NCBI GenBank assembly: GCA_044373465.1
Contig: JBILQE010000011.1
Coordinates: 7,523 to 71,522, forward strand
Direction of reading: 5' to 3'
From: Akkermansiaceae bacterium
Lineage (GTDB): Bacteria > Verrucomicrobiota > Verrucomicrobiia > Verrucomicrobiales > Akkermansiaceae
DNA length: 64,000 nucleotides
The notes beneath the pieces were generated by a model. The model ran no database searches and was not told where the DNA came from. It saw only the letters and a list, made by a program, of their open reading frames with translations. This document shows, in pieces, positions 9,890 through 17,219 of the stretch (the first letter of the stretch is position 1; the number at the start of each line of letters is the position of its first letter). The position numbers were made by a program, and so were the translations under genes.

Positions 9890-11249
9890 GCACCCTTAAC
9901 GCGTGAAGAATTCTCAGGGCGTCGTAGCGGAGAGCCAGAAGGTCGCGGGGAAGTTCCGCCAGCGATTGCCCCAGGATTCGGCAACTGGCCGGCAGGACGA
10001 ACACAGCCATGAGCACCTCCATGGCCAGAAGCCCCGCAAGCGCACCGGCGACGCCCCAGGAGCCGACCAGGGCGGCGCTGATGGCCACCCCGAGGAGCGC
10101 GCAGGCGACCCCGGCAACGGCATAACGCTCAGGCTGGTTGACCGCGCGAAAGGTGGCCGCCGCCGGCCACCACACCGCGTTGGCGGCGATCCCGGCGAGC
10201 AGCAACAGCCAGGAGTTGGCGGGTGGGTGGAGCATGTCGGCGGTCCACTTCGCATAGATCCATGGGCCAAACAAGCCGAGACCGACAATCCCGCCGGTGG
10301 CCAGCAGCGCGCTGAGTCCCAGCGCGAGCCGGAAGAGGCGCCGGGCACTGGCCATCGCGTGTTCAGCCACGGCGCGCTGGAGTTCGGGAAAGATCGTCGC
10401 TTGGACGGAATTGTACATTTGCGCGATGCTGTTGGCGACGGTCCGCAGGGTGGCGAGGATGGCGACAGCCTCCGCACCAAGGGCGATGCGGGTGACCAGC
10501 AGGGTGCCTTGCAGGTAGATCGAGCGGCGCACCGGCTCCATCAGGAACGCCAGACCCTTGCGGAAAAACAAGCGGACGTCGGCGCGCTCGATTGGCTGCC
10601 CCGCGGGGACCACCGCCGGCAGCAGCCGTCGGCCAGTCAGATAAAGCCCTGCGGCGGACACGCTGGAGATCGCAAGGTCAGCGGTGGCCAGCCAGAGCAT
10701 CCCCTTGCCGGTCATCAGCAAGCCGATGAAAGTCCCGATCTGCAGCAGCGCAAACCCCGCCTCCCACGCAATCGCCAGATGGGCTCTGCCAGCCGCGCGA
10801 AACCACCCGTCGTTGAGCTGGTTGTGGAAACTCACCAAACCCGAGGCGGCAAGCACCCCGACGACCGCCAGCGCAGTCGGTGTGTGGACGTCGGTTGCTG
10901 CCAGCGCGCCGGTCATCCAGAGCGCCGTGAGCAGCACCGCGCTGGCTGCCACACCGAGAACCATCACCAGCAACAACAACGCTTGCCCGGCCCGCATCGC
11001 GCGCGCCGCGCCCGCAAGGTCGCCGCCGAGGTAGCGCAGGACAAAGGTGTTGGCCGCCGCCGATCCGAGCCCGAGGTTGCAGAACGCCAAACTTGCGGGA
11101 ATGGCCGAAAGCGTCAGCCACTCGCCGTAGGCCGCCGCTCCCCAACTCATCAGGAAGAACGGCACAAGCACCAAATGCTGGACCGCCAGCACCCCCTTGT
11201 GGAAGAGCACGGCGCTGCCGTTGAGGACGAGGTTGCGTTTGGTCGACAT
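9861..11249 (-). CDS. wzx: Polysaccharide flippase, MOP/Wzx-like
   Basis: 462 aa with about 12-14 TM segments. N-terminus: MSTKRNLVLNGSAVLFHKGVLAVQHLVLVPFFLMSWGAAAYGEWLTLSAIP. The call rests on topology plus locus context. Confidence 0.65.
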   Translation of the reverse strand: MSTKRNLVLNGSAVLFHKGVLAVQHLVLVPFFLMSWGAAAYGEWLTLSAIPASLAFCNLGLGSAAANTFVLRYLGGDLAGAARAMRAGQALLLLVMVLGVAASAVLLTALWMTGALAATDVHTPTALAVVGVLAASGLVSFHNQLNDGWFRAAGRAHLAIAWEAGFALLQIGTFIGLLMTGKGMLWLATADLAISSVSAAGLYLTGRRLLPAVVPAGQPIERADVRLFFRKGLAFLMEPVRRSIYLQGTLLVTRIALGAEAVAILATLRTVANSIAQMYNSVQATIFPELQRAVAEHAMASARRLFRLALGLSALLATGGIVGLGLFGPWIYAKWTADMLHPPANSWLLLLAGIAANAVWWPAAATFRAVNQPERYAVAGVACALLGVAISAALVGSWGVAGALAGLLAMEVLMAVFVLPASCRILGQSLAELPRDLLALRYDALRILHALRVHAKPATDGH

Positions 11250-11257
11250 GACGCGCG

Positions 11258-12712
11258 CTAGCGACCTTCATAATGGGCCGGCGAGATCTCCTCGTTGCTG
11301 GCGTCCTCGGCCGTCGGCACCGCCGGTTTTTCCGCTGGGCGCTTCGAGCGGCGGCGCAAGGTGCGCCGGAGTTGGGCGAAGATTTCCTGGCGCAGCGCAA
11401 ACACGTCCGCTGGGAGGCGGGCAAGCGGCTGGCCGATGATCTTGCAGGTGGCCGGCAAGACGAAGGCTCCCATCAAGGTCTCCATGACGAGCAGTCCAAG
11501 CAACACCCCGTTGACTCCCATGGGTCCGACAAGGATCGCACTCAGCCCCACGCCGATGCAGGCGGTGAGAATCCCAACAACCCCCGAGGCTTCCGGACGA
11601 TTGACCGCCCGGAACGTGCATCCTGCTGCGCACCAGACGGTCGGAACAAACGCGCCGAGCAGCAGGAAGACCCACGCGTATTGGGGCGGATCAAGCTTTC
11701 CGGTCGTCCATGCATGGTACACATGCGGGCCGAACAAGCTAATCGCCGCACATCCGGCGAGCCCCACGAATATCGACAACCCGGTGCCAAACCGATAAAT
11801 CCGTCGCGCGTCTTCATCCCGCGAGGTGGCGATGGCGTGCTGCAGCTCAGGGAAAATCGTCGCGTTGATCCCCAGCGATGCTTGAGCGAGCGTATTGCCG
11901 ATCGTCCGGAGGGTCGCAATGAGGACCACCGCCTCGGGCCCGAGGGCGATCCGGGTCACAAAGATCATTCCTTGAGCGTGGATGGCTTGGCGCGCTGGAC
12001 TCATGAGGAACGCCAGCCCCTTTTTCAGGAATACGATCAATTCCGCCTTTTCGATTCGTGCGGCCGCTAGATCGATCTCAGGGAGCAATTTGCCGCCCCG
12101 GTGATGGAGCCATCCCACACCAACGATGGCTGAGGCCAGGTTCAAGGAGGCAATCCAGATCATTCCCCCACCTGCAAGCAGTGTCAGAACCGTCAGCCCC
12201 GTGGCGACCAGCGCCGCGACCGAGCCATAATGCGTCGACTCATGGTTGCGGCGCGCCGCGCGGAACCATGCCTCGTTGAGGGAACTGAAAAATCCCACTA
12301 CTGTCGCTAACGCCAGCAGACAGATCACCGCTACCGAGGTGGCCGGTGGTTGCGCGAACTCTGTGAGCAAGCCGCTTGCCGAGGCGATTCCCAACGCGAT
12401 CCCGCCAAGCAGCATGCCGACGCCCACAGCCACGAATACCAATAGCATGCCGCTGCGCATCGCACGCGCGGCACCAGCCAGATCGCCCTTGCCGTAGGCG
12501 AGGACGAACGCGTTGCCGGCGGCCGTTCCCAGGCCGAAGTTGCAAAACGAAATCGAGACCGGAATCGCCGAGAGGGTGATCCATTCACCATAGTGCTCAA
12601 GCCCCCACGAGTGGATGAAGAACGGCACGACGACGAGGTGCCGGGCGGCGATGACCGCCTTCTGAAGCACGGTGGCGGCGCCATTGAGAAGCAAGTGGCG
12701 TATGATTGACAT
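11258..12712 (-). CDS. wzx: Polysaccharide flippase, MOP/Wzx-like (tandem paralog)
   Basis: 484 aa. The N-terminus MSIIRHLLLNGAATVLQKAVIAARHLVVVPFFIHSWGLEHYGEWITLSAIP is colinear with the downstream gene. It also shares ...FLKKGLAFLMSPARQAIHAQGMIFVTRIALGPEAV... versus ...FFRKGLAFLMEPVRRSIYLQGTLLVTRIALGAEAV... Confidence 0.65.
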   Translation of the reverse strand: MSIIRHLLLNGAATVLQKAVIAARHLVVVPFFIHSWGLEHYGEWITLSAIPVSISFCNFGLGTAAGNAFVLAYGKGDLAGAARAMRSGMLLVFVAVGVGMLLGGIALGIASASGLLTEFAQPPATSVAVICLLALATVVGFFSSLNEAWFRAARRNHESTHYGSVAALVATGLTVLTLLAGGGMIWIASLNLASAIVGVGWLHHRGGKLLPEIDLAAARIEKAELIVFLKKGLAFLMSPARQAIHAQGMIFVTRIALGPEAVVLIATLRTIGNTLAQASLGINATIFPELQHAIATSRDEDARRIYRFGTGLSIFVGLAGCAAISLFGPHVYHAWTTGKLDPPQYAWVFLLLGAFVPTVWCAAGCTFRAVNRPEASGVVGILTACIGVGLSAILVGPMGVNGVLLGLLVMETLMGAFVLPATCKIIGQPLARLPADVFALRQEIFAQLRRTLRRRSKRPAEKPAVPTAEDASNEEISPAHYEGR

Positions 12713-12734
12713 TCGGGAATGGCCTTTTCAAGGG

Positions 12735-13703
12735 TTAGCGGCGCACGCGCAAACGGCGTTTGGCGCGGCTGAGGAGGTCGCGCCCATGGTCAAGTGAGCG
12801 ACGCAGGAGGCGCGGCACGGTGGCGAGCGGCCCGTGGTTGAGGAAGTGCGGGATGACCTTGGTGTCGAAGAGCTCGAGCCAATTTTGGGCGAGCGCCTCG
12901 GCGGTGAACGCGCGCGCCTTGGCGGCGCCATTTTCCACAATCCGCGCGTAGACTTCCGGGTCGTCAAGCAGCGCGAGGGCCTCCTCGAACTCCGCGGTCG
13001 TCTGGACCCGCAGGTAGTCCTCGCCTGGCGTGCCGATCTTGGAAAATGCCGAGTCGTAGCCGCCGATGAGCGGGACGCGCGCGTGCCACGCGTTGATCAA
13101 CTTGCTCGGCGGCTTGTCCGGATAGGTCTGGTTGGAAAAGCTGCGGATCCCGACGACCGCGTCGACGTTGGCCATGTTGTGCCATTGCTCCTTGGCGATG
13201 TGGAGGAAGTCGACGGTGCGCCCGTGCAGCGGGAAGTGCGGGCGGTTGAGGAACCCGTCAAGGTTGCGCGCGCCCGGGCGACCGGCGTAGGCGATGCACG
13301 CGAGCCCACGGCGGCCGGGATCCCGCGGGATGATCCCCGGCACCGGCCAATAACAAACGTATCCCTGGGTGGCCGTGCGCACCGCCTCGGGGTTCTGCAG
13401 GATCTCGAAATCCACGTCGAACACCCGCGTGTAGTCCGCCCGCATCGACACCCGGTACTCGCCAATCCGCGCACCCAGCTCGTGCCACGCCGTGACGTGC
13501 GCAATGTTGATCGCCCCGGGTTGCGCCGCGGTCCCGATCGATATCCCGTCACGCCAACCGCGCAGCTGCAAATACGTCTGGACCGGCCAGTTCACCGGCC
13601 CGCCGAGCCAATACGGGAAGTCGACGCCGAGCCGCTTGGCGCACAACTCGGCCAGCTCGCCCGGCGTCAAGCGGTTGACGACAAAATGGATCTTCGGGTG
13701 CAT
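12735..13703 (-). CDS. Hypothetical protein; only the C-terminal half looks like a GT-B glycosyltransferase
   Basis: 322 aa. The C-terminal block ...KPPSKLINAWHARVPLIGGYDSAF...GEDYLRVQTTAEFEEALALLDDPEVYARIVENG... resembles the nucleotide-sugar-binding half of GT1/GT4 enzymes. The N-terminal half is unrecognised. Confidence 0.45.
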   Translation of the reverse strand: MHPKIHFVVNRLTPGELAELCAKRLGVDFPYWLGGPVNWPVQTYLQLRGWRDGISIGTAAQPGAINIAHVTAWHELGARIGEYRVSMRADYTRVFDVDFEILQNPEAVRTATQGYVCYWPVPGIIPRDPGRRGLACIAYAGRPGARNLDGFLNRPHFPLHGRTVDFLHIAKEQWHNMANVDAVVGIRSFSNQTYPDKPPSKLINAWHARVPLIGGYDSAFSKIGTPGEDYLRVQTTAEFEEALALLDDPEVYARIVENGAAKARAFTAEALAQNWLELFDTKVIPHFLNHGPLATVPRLLRRSLDHGRDLLSRAKRRLRVRR

Positions 13704-13724
13704 AGGATATTTTTTGGAAGCTCG

Positions 13725-14222
13725 TTAGGACCTACTCCCCAGATGCTTTTTAACCTTCGCAGGGACCCCAACGGCCAACACGCCCGCGGCGATATCATCG
13801 GCAACCAATGCAAGGGCACCAATAACCGACCCCTGCCCCACAGTGACTCCCGGGACCAAGATCGCCCCGCTGGCAATCCAGGCGCCATCCTCAATCGTGA
13901 CCGCTCCAGCTCGGTGGGCCCTTCGCTCGTCACTGGTATCCAGCTCGCCGGTGTGAATCTGCACACCCGCTGATAAATGCACGTCGGCGCCAATCCAGAT
14001 CTTGCCGCGTGCGTTTAGATGGAGCCCTTCGTTGAGCGTGCAGCCGTCCCCAAGTGTTAGGTTGCGCGGGTCGCCGATGATCGTGAAGCGGCCAAACGCG
14101 CGGACGTTCTTGCCGACATGCGCGCCAAGCGCGCGGAGCCGCAGGACCCGGAGCCGGTTGATCCAGCCGAAGACCTTGCGTTCGGAGAACCGGTAGCACT
14201 TGTGGAGGAATTCGGCGGCCAT
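13725..14222 (-). CDS. Hexapeptide-repeat (LbH) O-acetyltransferase, WcaF/Mac-like
   Basis: 165 aa. Left-handed beta-helix repeats are visible (IGDPRNLTLGDGCTLNEGLHLNARGKIWIGADVHLSAGVQIHTG...VTIEDGAWIASGAILVPGVTVGQGSVIGA). Confidence 0.8.
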   Translation of the reverse strand: MAAEFLHKCYRFSERKVFGWINRLRVLRLRALGAHVGKNVRAFGRFTIIGDPRNLTLGDGCTLNEGLHLNARGKIWIGADVHLSAGVQIHTGELDTSDERRAHRAGAVTIEDGAWIASGAILVPGVTVGQGSVIGALALVADDIAAGVLAVGVPAKVKKHLGSRS

Positions 14223-14265
14223 CGAAATTGTTAGCTGAGAGGGAAATTTTTTGCGTTGGCCTTTC

Positions 14266-14289
14266 CTAGCAGGCTAGCAGGCTAGCAGG
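14266..14289. promoter_or_regulatory. Perfect (CTAGCAGG) x3 tandem octamer upstream of the minus-strand operon
   Basis: Read directly, 44-67 nt upstream of the ATG at 14222. The same heptamer CTAGCAG occurs as an inverted pair at 30737-30756, upstream of ugd. Confidence 0.35.
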
Positions 14290-14302
14290 CGCGGCGGGGA
14301 AT

Positions 14303-14407
14303 TCCGCGGTGGCGGAATCGGCGGGATGGCGGATGTTGGGGGAATTTTTAACAATCCCCCCAAACATGATCAGGAATTACCGGCTAGGAAATTTGGCGTT
14401 GGCGACG
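14303..14407 (+). repeat. 105-bp direct repeat, copy 1 (duplicate of the 5' end of the kinase-like gene)
   Basis: Near-identical to 15939-16043, with a handful of mismatches by eye. It contains ATG at 14366 followed by MIRNYRLGNLALAT..., which then diverges and stops at 14438-14440. Confidence 0.9.
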
Positions 14408-14436
14408 GTCGCGATGGCGGTGCGGCTAGCTGATTG

Positions 14437-15363
14437 CTAGAAGCAATGGCGGAAATATTCGATGGTCCGCTTGAGGCCGTCCTCGAGGGGGATGGTTGGC
14501 TGCCAGCCGAGTTCCTGTTGGGCGAGGGAGATGTCCGGGCGGCGCTGCTTCGGGTCGTCGCCGGGGAGCGGGAGGAAGACGAGTTTGGACGTGCCGCCGA
14601 CCATCTTGATGACCATCTCGGCGAGCTCGAGCATGGAGAACTCGCCGGGGTTGCCGATGTTGACCGGGCCGGTGAGCGTCGGGTGGTTCATCAAGCGGAC
14701 GAAGCCCTCGATGAGATCGTCGACATAGCAGAACGAGCGGGTCTGGGTGCCATCGCCATAGATGGTCAGGTCTTTGCCCTGGAGAGCCTGAACGATGAAG
14801 TTTGAAACCACGCGGCCGTCATCGGGCAGCATCCGCGGCCCGTAGGTGTTGAAGATGCGCACGACGCGGACTTCGACGCCGTTTTGCCGGTGGTAGTCGA
14901 AACAGAGGGTCTCGGCGCAGCGCTTGCCTTCGTCGTAGCAGGCGCGGATGCCGATCGGGTTGACGCTGCCTTTGTAGCTCTCTGGCTGCGGGTGGATTTC
15001 CGGATCGCCGTAGACTTCCGAGGTCGATGCCTGGAACATCCGCGCGCCGACCCGCTTGGCCAGCCCGAGCGCGTGCATCGTCCCCAACACCGAGGTCTTG
15101 ATCGTCTTGATCGGGTTGTGCTGGTAGTGCGGCGGGGACGCCGGGCAGGCGAGGTTGTAGATCTGGTCGACCTCGAACTTGAATGGATCGCAGACGTCGT
15201 GGCGGACGAGCTCGAAACGCGGGTCGCCTAGCAGGTGGGCGACGTTTTGTTTTCGCCCGGTGAAGAAGTTGTCCAGGCAGATGATTTCGTGGCCGGCGCC
15301 AAGCAGGCGCTCGCAGAGGTGGGAGCCGAGGAAGCCGGCCCCGCCGGTGATGAGGATGCGCAT
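14437..15363 (-). CDS. UDP-glucuronate decarboxylase (UDP-xylose synthase)
   Basis: [21 protein letters not shown]..., [20 protein letters not shown] and YDEGKR (YxxxK) are colinear with UXS/ArnA-decarboxylase-type SDR enzymes. 308 aa. Confidence 0.9.
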   Translation of the reverse strand: MRILITGGAGFLGSHLCERLLGAGHEIICLDNFFTGRKQNVAHLLGDPRFELVRHDVCDPFKFEVDQIYNLACPASPPHYQHNPIKTIKTSVLGTMHALGLAKRVGARMFQASTSEVYGDPEIHPQPESYKGSVNPIGIRACYDEGKRCAETLCFDYHRQNGVEVRVVRIFNTYGPRMLPDDGRVVSNFIVQALQGKDLTIYGDGTQTRSFCYVDDLIEGFVRLMNHPTLTGPVNIGNPGEFSMLELAEMVIKMVGGTSKLVFLPLPGDDPKQRRPDISLAQQELGWQPTIPLEDGLKRTIEYFRHCF

Positions 15364-15369
15364 AGGATT

Positions 15370-15397
15370 GGGAGTCGGGAGTCGGGAGTCGGGGGTC
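15370..15397. repeat. Heptanucleotide tandem repeat (GGGAGTC x3 + GGGGGTC) in the uxs 5' leader
   Basis: Read directly. It starts 7 nt upstream of the uxs ATG (15363) on the coding strand. Confidence 0.85.
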
Positions 15398-15518
15398 GGG
15401 GGGGCGAGTCGCCGGTGGCGGGTGCGGGTGCGGGTGCCGGGTACGACTTGTTGCCCCCGCAGCCGCGAGATCGTGGAGGCAAGGAGCCGCGACTTCAGGC
15501 GAGTGTGCGCTGACGAGA

Positions 15519-15534
15519 AGCGACTGAAGTCGCT
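15519..15534. promoter_or_regulatory. 7-2-7 inverted repeat AGCGACT-GA-AGTCGCT (copy 1)
   Basis: Read directly. An identical copy with conserved flanks (GAAGCGACTGAAGTCGCTAsTCCTTGG) lies at 15892-15907. Confidence 0.4.
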
Positions 15535-15555
15535 AGTCCTTGGGCATGGCGTCGG

Positions 15556-15762
15556 TCAGAGTTCGATCAGCGACGAGCTGCTCGAGGACATCACAGACGG
15601 CTTGCATGATTTTTTGATGCGTTCCAGGGCCCGGGTTTCCAGGATAAGTTTGCCGATGAGGGCAATTTTCTCCGCGGCCGGAAGCGTGCGCTGGCGCTCG
15701 CGCCAGCGCGGCATGCCACGGGCGGGTCGAATTTCAAGTGGTTGGGGCGCGCTGTGCTCCAT
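15556..15762 (-). CDS. Small hypothetical protein (68 aa)
   Basis: ORF only, with no recognisable family. It lies between the two AGCGACT-GA-AGTCGCT palindromes and ends with a Ser run. Coding status is uncertain. Confidence 0.25.
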   Translation of the reverse strand: MEHSAPQPLEIRPARGMPRWRERQRTLPAAEKIALIGKLILETRALERIKKSCKPSVMSSSSSSLIEL

Positions 15763-15891
15763 GAGAGAAAGCTGCCCGGCAAATGGGACATTTGCAAGGC
15801 GTGAAGATTTCCGGCGGCTGGCAGTCAGGCCGCGTCGCGGAGCAGTGGCCCGGCCGAGCTAGGGCTCGGCGTTCCGCGTCTGGGGAAGGGA

Positions 15892-15907
15892 AGCGACTGA
15901 AGTCGCT
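15892..15907. promoter_or_regulatory. 7-2-7 inverted repeat AGCGACT-GA-AGTCGCT (copy 2)
   Basis: Read directly, 95 nt upstream of the kinase-like ATG at 16002. Confidence 0.4.
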
Positions 15908-15938
15908 ACTCCTTGGCGGTGATTTCGGGGTAAGAAAC

Positions 15939-16043
15939 TCCGCGGTGGCGGAATCGGCGGGATGGGGAATGTTGGGGGAACTTTTAACAATCCCCCCAAA
16001 CATGATCAGGAATTACCGGCTAGGAAAGTTGGCGTTGGCGACG
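15939..16043 (+). repeat. 105-bp direct repeat, copy 2 (authentic 5' UTR plus first 14 codons of the kinase-like gene)
   Basis: See 14303-14407. Confidence 0.9.
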
Positions 16044-17177
16044 ACGGGTGGCGGCGAGTTGCGCGCGTTGATTGACGCGGAGCTTGAGTCGATCGCGGTG
16101 AGTGGCGATGGCGTGGCGGCGGCGGTGGAGTTCAATTTCCCGGGCGAGTCGCCGGTGGCGGGTGCGGGTGCCGGGTATTTCAAGCCGGTGCGGGTGTGGG
16201 AGGGCGGGTATGTCGCGAGCCAGGGCGACATCGTCTACAAGGTCGAGCCGGGAGGTGGCGCGGCCGGGGCCGGCGGCGGGCGGACGCGGGTGAGCTTGCG
16301 CGCGCGGAAGCCGCGCGAGTCGTTGAAGCGGCGGATGTTGCCGGTCTGGCTGCGGCGCGCGCACCACTGGAACTACTTCACGCCGCTCGACGAGCAGGCG
16401 AAGGGGTTCATGTACAACATCTTCGATTATCTGACCCAGATCGCCAACCTGGACGCGGGGCAGACGTATGTGCACGCGAGCTCGTTTCGCAAGGGCGACC
16501 GGGGAGTGGGGATCTTTGCCTGGGGGGGGATCGGCAAGACCACGGCGATGCTCAAGATGGTCATGCAGGGCGGCTGGCAGTTTCTCAGCGACGACCTCGG
16601 GTTGCTTGATGCGGATGGCACTCTTTGGCGCTCGCCGAAGCGGATGCAGATCTACGCCTACAATTTGGTCGGCCAGCCGAAATTGCGCGCCGCGTTGATG
16701 CGCGACCGGAGCCTGCTTGACCGGTCGGCGTGGGAGTGGCGCCGGCTGCGTTACGGGACCCACCAGGTCCGGCGGCGGGTGTCGGCTGAGGAGTTGTTTG
16801 GGGTTGACGGGGTGGCGAAGTGCGCACCGTTGACCGACGCGTTGTTTGCCGAGCGGGTCGATGCCGAGACCTTCAGCTGCGTGGCGATGGCGCCGAAGCA
16901 GTTCAGCGAGCGCTGCGCGGCGATCGTGATGAGCGAGATCGAGCCGTATTCGGAGATCCTCACCGCGATCCAGGCCGCCGGGTTCTCCGAGCTGCTCCCG
17001 AGCTACCATGACCTGTTGACCCGCAGCCGCGAGATGCTTGCCAGCACCCTCGCGCGCCAGAACATCCAGCCGCTCCTCTGGCGGATCCCGAAACACGCCA
17101 GCCCGGAGGCGATCCACGACGACCTCGTGCGGATCCTCGCAAGCAGGAAGCCGGCGCGGCCGTCACCCGTGAATTGA
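16002..17177 (+). CDS. HPr-kinase-C-terminal-domain-like P-loop kinase (function unknown)
   Basis: ORF 15783..17177 trimmed to the ATG at 16002 (MIRNYRLGKL...). The core ...YVHASSFRKGDRGVGIFAWGGIGKTTAMLKMVMQGGWQFLSDDLGLLDADG... matches the HprK-like pattern hASxx...G.GxGKo(T/S)...G..hhSDD. It is the only plus-strand gene inside the minus-strand arm. Confidence 0.6.
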   Translation: MIRNYRLGKLALATTGGGELRALIDAELESIAVSGDGVAAAVEFNFPGESPVAGAGAGYFKPVRVWEGGYVASQGDIVYKVEPGGGAAGAGGGRTRVSLRARKPRESLKRRMLPVWLRRAHHWNYFTPLDEQAKGFMYNIFDYLTQIANLDAGQTYVHASSFRKGDRGVGIFAWGGIGKTTAMLKMVMQGGWQFLSDDLGLLDADGTLWRSPKRMQIYAYNLVGQPKLRAALMRDRSLLDRSAWEWRRLRYGTHQVRRRVSAEELFGVDGVAKCAPLTDALFAERVDAETFSCVAMAPKQFSERCAAIVMSEIEPYSEILTAIQAAGFSELLPSYHDLLTRSREMLASTLARQNIQPLLWRIPKHASPEAIHDDLVRILASRKPARPSPVN

Positions 17178-17219
17178 ATGGGGATGATCGGACGGATCCG
17201 ACCGATCGGTCCGATCATC

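Noticed and set aside
9903-11261. Long antisense ORFs opposite real genes. Examples: 9903..11261(+), 7656..9092(-), 12834..13973(+), 16020..17117(-), 17178..18074(+), 29159..30238(+), 33238..34494(-), 36003..37259(-), 47505..48779(-), 51525..53156(+), 60844..62031(-) and 62572..63861(-).
   Set aside because: Their translations are Arg/Pro/Gly/His-rich low-complexity sequence, typical of the non-coding frames of GC-rich DNA. In every case the opposite strand encodes a protein with recognisable family motifs.
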